64,000 nt of DNA, from IMG/VR virus record IMGVR_UViG_3300044540_000246. One strand, given 5' to 3'. The notes beneath the pieces were generated by a model. That model saw only the letters and a list, made by a program, of their open reading frames with translations, made no database searches and was not told where the DNA came from. Made by a program: the position numbers and the translations under genes. Shown in pieces: positions 37,704 to 45,447 of the stretch (positions are counted from its first letter, which is position 1; the number at the start of each line of letters is the position of its first letter). The stretch comes from an uncultured virus (IMG/VR IMGVR_UViG_3300044540_000246). Its lineage: Duplodnaviria; Heunggongvirae; Uroviricota; Caudoviricetes.

Positions 37704-38585
37704 ATGAACGACACGCGCACCGCACTCCTCCCCACTGAGGCTATGCCGCGTCGTGTCGCGTTCGCCGGCGACTGGCACGGCAACACCATGTGGGCGCTCC
37801 ACTGCCTGCGCGAGCTCGCCGCCGCCGGCATTGACCGCATCTACCATGTCGGCGACTTCGGCCTGTGGCCCGGCGAGTCCGGCGCAGCATTCCTCCGCAA
37901 GGTCGACGCGCACGCCACCCGCTACGGCATCACCATCGACGTCACCCTCGGCAACCACGACGACTACGACCGGTTCGCGCAGCTTCGCGCCGACGAGGAC
38001 GGCTGGCTGCGAACCAAGCACACCCCCGCACTCCGGTTCGCTCCCCGCGGCCACACATGGGAGGACCACGGAGTCCGGTTCGCGTCCCTCGGCGGCGCCG
38101 GCAGCATCGACCGGAACCTCCGCACCGCCGGCCGCGACTGGTGGCCCGACGAAGCGATCGGTCGCGACGACGTCCGGACCCTCGCCGCCAACGTGACTGC
38201 GCGAGGCTGGGACCGAGTCGACGTCCTCATCACCCACGAAGCACCCGCCGGCCTGACCCGCCGCGGGTTCGCCGTCATGCCCCGCTGGGCAACCCCCGAC
38301 GTTCAGCAGTACTGCTGGGAGCAACGAGTCCGACTCCGCCACGCAACCGACCTGGTGATGCCGCACACCCTCGTCCACGGCCACTGGCACGAATGGCACC
38401 ACGACGAGCTCCACGGTGTCGGCCCCGGCGACTCAGGCGCAGAGTACGTCACCGACGTGTTCTCCCTGTCCGCCGACGGCGACGTCCGCAACCTCATCAC
38501 CGCTGAGCTCATCCCGTACGTCGGCGTGACCGACCCGCAGCTGCCGCTCATCTCGAGCGGCCGCGCCGCCCGCCGAACCGCATGA
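37704..38585 (+). CDS. Calcineurin-like metallophosphoesterase
   Basis: GDWHG, VGDFG, GNHD, THEAP, HGHWH. Confidence 0.92.
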   Translation: MNDTRTALLPTEAMPRRVAFAGDWHGNTMWALHCLRELAAAGIDRIYHVGDFGLWPGESGAAFLRKVDAHATRYGITIDVTLGNHDDYDRFAQLRADEDGWLRTKHTPALRFAPRGHTWEDHGVRFASLGGAGSIDRNLRTAGRDWWPDEAIGRDDVRTLAANVTARGWDRVDVLITHEAPAGLTRRGFAVMPRWATPDVQQYCWEQRVRLRHATDLVMPHTLVHGHWHEWHHDELHGVGPGDSGAEYVTDVFSLSADGDVRNLITAELIPYVGVTDPQLPLISSGRAARRTA

Positions 38586-39085
38586 CGACCGGCCAAACGG
38601 GCAGCGCCGACCGCCTCATGGACCTCGTCTGCGGCAGCGACCCCGCCGACCTTGCCGTCGTCGTCCAACGCGGTGACCTGCGGACCGAGCACCTCGAAGC
38701 CCTCGCCGAACGCATCGTGTCTACCTGGGCCACGGTCGACGCCACCGAAGGCGCCTACATCTGGCTCGCCGGCAGCCGGCTCACCCAACGCGGGAGCCTA
38801 CCCCCAGCCGCCATCGAGACCCTCGCCCGGCACCCCGACCCGAGCATCCGCGCCCGCATCGCCGACCGACCCGACCTGCCGGGAGCGCTCGCTCGCCAGC
38901 TCGCAGGCGACGACGACCCGAAGGTCGCCCGCTACATCGCCAACAACGCCGCCGTCGCCGAAGAGATCCGCATCCTCGCCGCCCTAAACGCAGCCAGCGG
39001 CGACAGACCCCGAGCCGGGACGCCATCAGGGGCACCTGCAACGCCGAGGCGCGCGCACCCACAGCCGACCGGAAATCAACCATGA
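38582..39085 (+). CDS. LRV/HEAT-like repeat protein
   Basis: LARHPDPSIRARIA, IANNAAVAEEIRILAAL. Confidence 0.7.
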   Translation: MTTGQTGSADRLMDLVCGSDPADLAVVVQRGDLRTEHLEALAERIVSTWATVDATEGAYIWLAGSRLTQRGSLPPAAIETLARHPDPSIRARIADRPDLPGALARQLAGDDDPKVARYIANNAAVAEEIRILAALNAASGDRPRAGTPSGAPATPRRAHPQPTGNQP

Positions 39086-39201
39086 CCATCAACCATGACC
39101 CGGATGACGCCCGCAACCTCATAGCCGCCGTACTCATCCCCTACGTCGGCGTGACCAACCCGCGGCCGCCCCTCCTCGCCCCTCCCGCGAAAGATCGATA
39201 G
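39082..39201 (+). pseudogene. Duplicated C-terminal fragment of the metallophosphoesterase gene
   Basis: DDARNLIAAVLIPYVGVTNPRPPL matches GDVRNLITAELIPYVGVTDPQLPL (about 38478-38550). Confidence 0.65.
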
Positions 39202-39203
39202 GC

Positions 39204-39659
39204 ATGCTCCGCCGCGCGCTCGACGCCCTACTCGCCCGCCCGCCCGCAGAGCAGGAGGGGGACTGGCTGTCGCCCCTCATCCGAACGGCGCCCTTCGCCG
39301 ACCTGGTTGAATGCGCCAACCGGGACGACCTCGAGCCCCACCACTACATCCTGCTCGCCGAGCGTTTCGCGACCCAACGAGCCGAAAGCGAAACGGAGAC
39401 CTACGAGGGCTGGTACTTCGCGATGCTGCTCCTCGACGACCCGAAGACCCCCGAAGAAGCGCTCCGCACCATCGCCAAGCGCGCCGACAGCACCCTCCTG
39501 CTCATGCTCGCCGGACGGAACGACATCCCCGACGACCTCGCCCTCGAGCTCGCCGCGCACCCCCTCTACGCCATCCCGGCCGCGATCGTCGCGAACCCGG
39601 CAACCAGCGACGACGCACGAACCATCGCCACCCTCAACCTCGGCGCCAACCAAACGTAA
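39204..39659 (+). CDS. LRV/HEAT-like repeat protein, paralog of 38582-39085
   Basis: DLEPHH..LAER; IVANPATSDDARTIATL. Confidence 0.7.
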   Translation: MLRRALDALLARPPAEQEGDWLSPLIRTAPFADLVECANRDDLEPHHYILLAERFATQRAESETETYEGWYFAMLLLDDPKTPEEALRTIAKRADSTLLLMLAGRNDIPDDLALELAAHPLYAIPAAIVANPATSDDARTIATLNLGANQT

Positions 39660-39925
39660 GAGCACATGAGGGCAGGTCCCCAGCAGAAAGCCACTCGGGG
39701 CACCACAGCGTTCGCCGACCGCATCGAGACGGAAGCGCGCGCCAACGACGCCGGCAAGAACTCCAGCCAGATGCGCCGCGCGCCGAACATGCGAAGCTGA
39801 TACCGGACATGACCGAGCGCCTCACCGAAGCGACCCCGGCCGCCACCAACCCAGCCCTCGGACGTGCCAACTCAACCCAGCTGCGCACGTCCGACGACAC
39901 GGCCTAAACTCGCAGGAACACAAGC

Positions 39926-40205
39926 CGTACAGGTGTGCTATACTCGTACCAGAGGCGAATGTGACGGGCCACCCGCAACAGACGCCGATAGAGCACCAGC
40001 ACATCAGCACCCCGAACCGCAGGAAAGGAGAACCGAGATGACCGAACGCTACGCCCACGTCATCCCGGCCTTCGTCGATCCTGCGCACGAGTGGCCCTAC
40101 TCGGCCGTCCCGAACGGGAGCTGCATGTGAAAGCCTGACCACCAGGCTCACCATGAAGCCGCCTCGCACGGGACCACACCCCGAGCAGGCGGCTTCAGTC
40201 GTTTC
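39926..40205 (+). promoter_or_regulatory. tRNA block 2 leader: promoter, 30-aa leader ORF (40038-40130), terminator hairpin (40154-40197)
   Basis: CGTACAGG-N5-TATACT; AAAGGAG RBS; TGAAGCCGCCT...AGGCGGCTTCA-GTCGTTT. Confidence 0.7.
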
Positions 40206-40226
40206 CGGACCACAACACAACAACGA

Positions 40227-40311
40227 ATGGGCGTCGCGTAGCGGCTATCGCAGCGGTCTCCAAAACCGCCGACCTAGGTCACCGTGGGTTCGAGTCCCAC
40301 CGCCCATGCCA
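40227..40311 (+). tRNA. tRNA-Trp(CCA) with long variable arm
   Basis: GCGGT-CTCCAAA-ACCGC; variable GACC-TA-GGTC; GCCA. Confidence 0.85.
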
Positions 40312-40336
40312 CACAACTAAACACGCACCACCACCC

Positions 40337-40413
40337 GCCGTGAGCGCTGGGACGCAAGGGAGGCTGTAACCCTCTCCCCACTGGGTAGACGAGTTCGATT
40401 CTCGGGCACGGCA
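40337..40413 (+). tRNA. tRNA-Tyr(GTA), short atypical D-arm
   Basis: GGAGG-CTGTAAC-CCTCT; variable arm; GAGTTCGATTCTC. Confidence 0.65.
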
Positions 40414-40434
40414 CGCACCACAACACAACACCGA

Positions 40435-40509
40435 CTGGCTGTAGCTCAGAGGAAGAGCGCCCACCTTGGGAGTGGGAGGCCCCCGACTCGAACTCGGGCA
40501 GCCGGACCA
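40435..40509 (+). tRNA. tRNA-Pro(TGG)
   Basis: CCCAC-CTTGGGA-GTGGG; atypical T-loop CTCGAAC. Confidence 0.82.
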
Positions 40510-40538
40510 CCCCCGAATGGGACATAACTCAACAACGA

Positions 40539-40612
40539 CTGGCTGTAGCTCAGCAGGAAGAGCGCTAGCTCGGGGAGCTAGAGGCCCGGCGGTTCGAGCC
40601 CGCCCAGCCAGA
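40539..40612 (+). tRNA. tRNA-Pro(GGG)
   Basis: CTAGC-TCGGGGA-GCTAG. Confidence 0.88.
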
Positions 40613-40645
40613 CGCACCACCAACAACTCAACACGCACCACATGA

Positions 40646-40721
40646 CCGGGTGTGGGGAAGCTTGGCCATCCCGCCTGCCTCGGACGCAGGAGTATCGCAG
40701 GTTCAAATCCTGCCATCCGGA
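40646..40721 (+). tRNA. tRNA-Pro(CGG)
   Basis: CCTGC-CTCGGAC-GCAGG. Confidence 0.9.
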
Positions 40722-40762
40722 CTCAACAACTCAACAATGAATAGCGCGCAACGCGCACGCAT

Positions 40763-40840
40763 GGTGGCCGTAGCTCAGATGGTTAGAGCGTCCGACTGTG
40801 ACTCGGAAGGTCGCGAGTTCGAGCCTCGTCGGTCACCCCA
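40763..40840 (+). tRNA. tRNA-His(GTG)
   Basis: G-1:C73, loop CTGTGAC, CCA. Confidence 0.95.
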
Positions 40841-40841
40841 T

Positions 40842-40914
40842 GCCCCCATCGTTTAGAGGCCAAGGACACCGCCCTTTCACGGCGGCGGCGCCGGTTCGAA
40901 TCCGGCTGGGGGTA
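40842..40914 (+). tRNA. tRNA-Glu(TTC)
   Basis: CCGCC-CTTTCAC-GGCGG. Confidence 0.93.
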
Positions 40915-40939
40915 CGAACAACTCAATAGTGAATGTCTT

Positions 40940-41013
40940 GGTCCCGTGGAGCAGTTGGAGTGCTCGCCACCCTGTCACGGTGGAGGTCGCCGGTTCGAGT
41001 CCGGTCGGGATCG
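40940..41013 (+). tRNA. tRNA-Asp(GTC)
   Basis: CCACC-CTGTCAC-GGTGG. Confidence 0.95.
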
Positions 41014-41044
41014 CAAGGCTCTTGGCAGGCGTGCTGGGAGCTCA

Positions 41045-41228
41045 GAGCAGAGACGCAAGGACGGTGGTCGCGCGACCGTCCGGCTCCTCCGGGGGTCGTG
41101 GTGTAAGGCGCTGGTCGAGGACGACGCATCCTCGGCCTGGCGGCACGGCGCCTCTGTTCGAAACCAAATTCTCAGGTAGGTGTGAGTAGAGATGCATTCC
41201 TGAGAAAGCGGGCGGTGGCTACTCACAC
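41045..41228 (+). ncRNA. Candidate structured RNA: multibranch domain plus strong pseudoknot
   Basis: GAGCAGAGACGC/GCGCCTCTGTTC closing helix; TTCTCAGG/CCTGAGAA crossed with GTGTGAGTAG/CTACTCACAC. Confidence 0.6.
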
Positions 41229-41242
41229 GCGGTTCGCGCTTT

Positions 41243-41313
41243 GGTTCGTTAGCTCAGCGGTAGAGCGCTCCCCCGTCAAGGGAGAGGTCGCGGGTTCGAG
41301 CCCCGTACGGATC
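41243..41313 (+). tRNA. tRNA-Asp(GTC), second divergent copy (C at position 33)
   Basis: CTCCC-CCGTCAA-GGGAG. Confidence 0.85.
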
Positions 41314-41397
41314 GCGCTCCATCCCGGCTGCGGATAGTGGGCGTGTCTCAGTTTCGAGGCGCGCCAGAAGGAGGGATGACTCTCGCGCAGCCGCTTT

Positions 41398-41474
41398 GCC
41401 CCCTTGGTCTAGTGGTCTACGACGCCCGGTTCTCAGCCGGGAGGTCACCGGTTCAAATCCGGTAGGGGGTACCA
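41398..41474 (+). tRNA. tRNA-Glu(CTC)
   Basis: CCCGG-TTCTCAG-CCGGG, CCA. Confidence 0.92.
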
Positions 41475-41484
41475 CTTGTGGCGA

Positions 41485-43386
41485 TCAGGCTTGCTCGTCT
41501 TCGTTTCCGGCCGGCGGGGTGAGCTGTTCGAGGGTGAGCCCGTATGCTGCGGCGATGAGGGCGTCGCGCTCTTGGCTGGTGCCTGCTTCGCGCAGCGCCG
41601 CGATCTGGTCGTTGGTGAGCTCGGGGATGGTGAAGCTGCCGATCTGCGGCTTCTGGTAGGCGAAGTAGCCGCCGTTGATCGGCGTGGATGTGTGGGTGAC
41701 GTAGAACCGGCATGCGGATGAGTTCAGGAACCAGCCGAGCACGTCGGCGGAGATCTGTCGTGGTGCGATTGCGACTCCGTTGATGAACAGGCTGTCCGGG
41801 TCGTCGTCACGGAGGAACCGAGGCGTCTTGGCGTACATGGGGGTGAGTAGCGTCGTTCCGAGCGGGGCGAGGGACTGCGTCCGGGCGTATGCGTACCAGG
41901 CCGCGTAGGTCTTCTTCCCCTTATCGCGGTCGGCGAGCTCATCGCGGCATGCGGTCAGGTATGCGTACGCGTTCGGGTACAGGTTCTGCAGGGTCGCTTC
42001 GTCGAGGATGACGGGGCCGGCGTCGGTGAGCTCGTACGGATACACGATTCGGGTCTGGTCCGTGTCGAGCTGCGCTTGGCTGGTCAGTCCGGCTACTTTC
42101 ACGCACCGGCGGGTGATGCCAGCTTCGAGGGCGTACGTGACTCCGTCGCGGACCTTGATGTAGGTGCCGTCCGGGTTGCGGGCGCCGTCGAGGAGGTAGA
42201 CGTCGTTGAGGTTGGTTGTGACGCCGTAGCGGATGTCAGCGAGGGCGGTGAGGGGCGTGTGCGCGGATAGCGCTGCGAGTGCGGCGGCGGCTGATGGCCC
42301 GGCGAGCCGCCACGGCTTCCCGTCCGGGAGGTCCGAGACGTGGTACGTCTGGGTCCGCGACGTCGCCCAGTTCGCGGGGAGGGTTGCTAGGTCAGGTAGT
42401 CCGGCGACATCGGCGTACCGCAGCTCGCCCTCTTCTCTGGCCTCGGGCGCTGCGAGGAATGTGACCGCCGTGTACGTCATCGCGTCGAACACTCGATGGT
42501 GGCCGAAGTCGACGATGTCGCGGACAGCGTCTGCGGTCTTCATCCAGCTGCGGAGACCCGACGCGGCGAACCCGCCCAGCCACGAGTTCGGGGTAATGAG
42601 TGCGACCTGTCCGCCGTCGGCTGCGGCCGCGTAGGCGAGAGGAAAGAACGGAAAGTACAGGTTGAAGTTGCCCGACCCGCACACGGCCGGGAATAGGCGC
42701 GCGAGACGAGCACGCTCGTCGACGGGCAGCTGTTGGTAGCGGACGTAGGGAGGGTTGCCGACGACGAGATCGAATCGGCGTTCGTGGGCGACGGTCAAGG
42801 CGTCGCCGACGGTGAGGTGCGGTGCGGGGATGACGGGGTCGCCGAGGGTCAAGCACATCAGCTCGAGCAAGGTCCGCGCCCGCCGGACCGAACCGGGTGA
42901 GATGTCGACGCCGTGGAGGCGGTTCGCGACTTCGTGCGGACGCTGCCCGGTCGCTGCGGTGAGCTGGGTGAGTGCCGCGGCGAGGATCGCGCCGGCGCCG
43001 ACGGTCGGGTCCAGGACGGTCACGTCCGCCAGGTCCCGTCCGGGGTTCGTCGCCGACCATCGGTGGACCGCTTCGCTGACAAGGAACGCGGTCACGGGCG
43101 CGGGGGTGAACACGGCACCGTACCTGGCTGCTTCGTTCGCCGGGACGAGCGTCTCGAACGCCATCACGACACCGTCGACCTCCCACGCTTCGACCGCCGA
43201 GAACGCAGCAGTTAGCTGTGGGTTCGCGGCGCTGACCGCGGCATGTACGGCGCCGCCGGGGGTCGGCGTGAGGCCGTGCGCAGCGCACCAGGCGGCGACG
43301 AGCGCCGCCTCTACTGCGTCGATCGGGCGACCGTCTGCGAGCAGCGCGCGCGTCGCCGAAAGCGGGGAAGCGGTCGCGCGAGTCAC
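41485..43386 (-). CDS. N6-adenine DNA methyltransferase (Eco57I/TaqI-like) with target recognition domain
   Basis: GAVFTP, LDPTVGAG, VGNPPYVR, WYAYARTQ. Confidence 0.9.
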   Translation of the reverse strand: MTRATASPLSATRALLADGRPIDAVEAALVAAWCAAHGLTPTPGGAVHAAVSAANPQLTAAFSAVEAWEVDGVVMAFETLVPANEAARYGAVFTPAPVTAFLVSEAVHRWSATNPGRDLADVTVLDPTVGAGAILAAALTQLTAATGQRPHEVANRLHGVDISPGSVRRARTLLELMCLTLGDPVIPAPHLTVGDALTVAHERRFDLVVGNPPYVRYQQLPVDERARLARLFPAVCGSGNFNLYFPFFPLAYAAAADGGQVALITPNSWLGGFAASGLRSWMKTADAVRDIVDFGHHRVFDAMTYTAVTFLAAPEAREEGELRYADVAGLPDLATLPANWATSRTQTYHVSDLPDGKPWRLAGPSAAAALAALSAHTPLTALADIRYGVTTNLNDVYLLDGARNPDGTYIKVRDGVTYALEAGITRRCVKVAGLTSQAQLDTDQTRIVYPYELTDAGPVILDEATLQNLYPNAYAYLTACRDELADRDKGKKTYAAWYAYARTQSLAPLGTTLLTPMYAKTPRFLRDDDPDSLFINGVAIAPRQISADVLGWFLNSSACRFYVTHTSTPINGGYFAYQKPQIGSFTIPELTNDQIAALREAGTSQERDALIAAAYGLTLEQLTPPAGNEDEQA

Positions 43387-43540
43387 GACCAGTCGTATCG
43401 GGGCCCTGCACGCCTCGTAGAGCGCCTGGCGCGCTCGCCCCCGCCTCAGCCCCGCGACGCCGCCGAAGGTCCGTTAGAGCATCGTCAGCGGCCCGCCAGA
43501 GCCGCATCCAGCCCCTCCGACAACAGGAAGCAGGCCATCC

Positions 43541-44116
43541 ATGGGCGCGACCCGCCACATCCAAGGCCCGGACGGGAAGATGGCCGGCTCGATCGGCGCC
43601 GGCAAGGACGGGGCACCCGTCTCGATGGACACGGCGGTTCTGCGCCACGTTCTGGACACCAGCGGCCTGAACCGCCGCGCCGCGGTCACCCTCAACGAGC
43701 TATATGAAGCCTACGTGGCGGAGGAAGCCCGGGTCGCCGTTCTCGAAGCCGCCCGAGCTGCCGAATCCGAGGCTGCTGAACGCGCCCGAACCGGGAGGGA
43801 AGCATTCTGGGCTGCGTTCACGCCCACACCCGGCACCCGCATCCCGCCGACGTACGAGTCCCACGAGCACTTGCCGATCGGGACAATCGTCAAGCTCGTC
43901 GAAGCAAACGCGGACAAGTACTGGAACGGAACCGCCCATGTGAAGACCGGCCCGTCGACGTGGGGCCTGCTCGCCCGGGGGCGTGTCGACGAGCTGCTTG
44001 ACGGCGACGTTGAAGACGCCATGGGGTTGGTCGCCCGCCGGGTAAACAATGTCTCCCCGTGCCCGTCCCGCCGGGACGGCGAATGGCAGATCCTCGCAGT
44101 CGTCCCCGAGCGCTGA
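43541..44116 (+). CDS. Hypothetical protein with N-terminal GKMAGS peptide
   Basis: 191-aa ORF, AGGAAG RBS region. Confidence 0.7.
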   Translation: MGATRHIQGPDGKMAGSIGAGKDGAPVSMDTAVLRHVLDTSGLNRRAAVTLNELYEAYVAEEARVAVLEAARAAESEAAERARTGREAFWAAFTPTPGTRIPPTYESHEHLPIGTIVKLVEANADKYWNGTAHVKTGPSTWGLLARGRVDELLDGDVEDAMGLVARRVNNVSPCPSRRDGEWQILAVVPER

Positions 44117-44146
44117 TCGGCTCCGGCATGGTTCGGGGCTTCAGTC

Positions 44147-45292
44147 CTACTTTCGGCGCCGGACCGTCAGCTTCGGAACCGTGGGGACCGGCGCGGTCGG
44201 AGTGTCGGTCAAGGCGGCGGCGATCTTCTCGGAGTCGCGCAGCAGCGACCCGGCGAGCAGTAGAGGCTGGGTCGCGTCGAGGTCCTTCACCTGAGCTGTC
44301 GCGCTGGCGTGCGCTTCGGCGAGGTTGAGCGCTTTCGTTGTCGTGTCGTCCAGTGGCGCGGCCGGCGCGGTCTCCGCGGAGACAGCTTGTCCGGTCAGCG
44401 CGGTCGCGGTCGCGGACAGGACCTGAGCGAGGCCGGAAGCAACGGTTTGAGGTAGACCGGCGACGTTCTTCTCAGCTGCGACCAGTAGGTCGCGAGCGAT
44501 GCTGTACGACGTCCGCGCAGCGACCTGCGCGACCTGAACCTGCGCAACAACCGCCGCAGCCTCCTCCTGGTCGACGAGCGGCGACCACAACGACGAACGC
44601 AACGCCGACTCGGCCCTGTCGCGCACGTCTGCGAGAGACCGCATGAGCTTCTCCGCCCGTTCGACCCACCCTCGAGCTCGCGTCTCGTCGAGCGCGTCAC
44701 CGGCATGCAGCGCCTCGGAGATCTCTTCAAGTAACTGCGCGGCATCTCGTGACGCCGTCACCGCTGCGGTCAGGGCACGTCGGTGCGGTTTGCCAGGTAG
44801 GACCCACAACGAAGCGACAACCGCGACTGCGGCACCGACCAGCGCGCCAAGGAAACGGGTCTCCACTAGCTCGGGGTCGAACGTCGGGCCGACGACCAGG
44901 ATGACTGTCACGCCCATCGCGGCGGCGCCCTCCTCTCCGAGGCGCAGCAGCCGCGCGAGAGCGAAGCTCGCCGCCACCAGAACCAAGATGACCCACGGCG
45001 AGTATCCGAAATGCACCGTCAGAATCATTCCCAGTGCGGCGCCCAGCAGGACTCCGACGACCTGCCGCGACGACTCCGCAGCGGTCTCGTGAAACGTCGG
45101 CCGGATCGAAACCAGCGCAATGATCGCTGCGACGGCGGAGTTCACATGCTCGAACGGCTCCGCGATCGCGTACGCGGCGGCGGCCGCGACGCTCGACCAC
45201 GCTGCCAGACGTAAGTAGGGCCGCCGCATCCACTGGCGGGCGCCGTCGACAGGGCGGCGAACCCAGGAGTGTCTAGGGGTTGAGGTTGTCAT
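44147..45292 (-). CDS. FUSC/aromatic-acid-exporter family membrane protein
   Basis: AAIIALVSIRPT...RQVVGVLLG; TM bundle then helical domain. Confidence 0.82.
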   Translation of the reverse strand: MTTSTPRHSWVRRPVDGARQWMRRPYLRLAAWSSVAAAAAYAIAEPFEHVNSAVAAIIALVSIRPTFHETAAESSRQVVGVLLGAALGMILTVHFGYSPWVILVLVAASFALARLLRLGEEGAAAMGVTVILVVGPTFDPELVETRFLGALVGAAVAVVASLWVLPGKPHRRALTAAVTASRDAAQLLEEISEALHAGDALDETRARGWVERAEKLMRSLADVRDRAESALRSSLWSPLVDQEEAAAVVAQVQVAQVAARTSYSIARDLLVAAEKNVAGLPQTVASGLAQVLSATATALTGQAVSAETAPAAPLDDTTTKALNLAEAHASATAQVKDLDATQPLLLAGSLLRDSEKIAAALTDTPTAPVPTVPKLTVRRRK

Positions 45293-45447
45293 AGCGGACC
45301 CCGACATCGGCCCTGCCTCGGACTCAGACGGGGCGCTGACCGCCGGATCTGAGCGGGTCGCGACCCCCGAAACCCGCCGATGGCCTCCCCAGACGCGCGC
45401 GGTGCCAACCGCACGCACCCCGGGACGAAGAAGAGACGAGACCCCCG

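Noticed and set aside
41038..41164. Hammerhead ribozyme (stem followed by CGAAAC)
   Set aside because: Required CUGANGA core is absent (GAGCTCA at that position).
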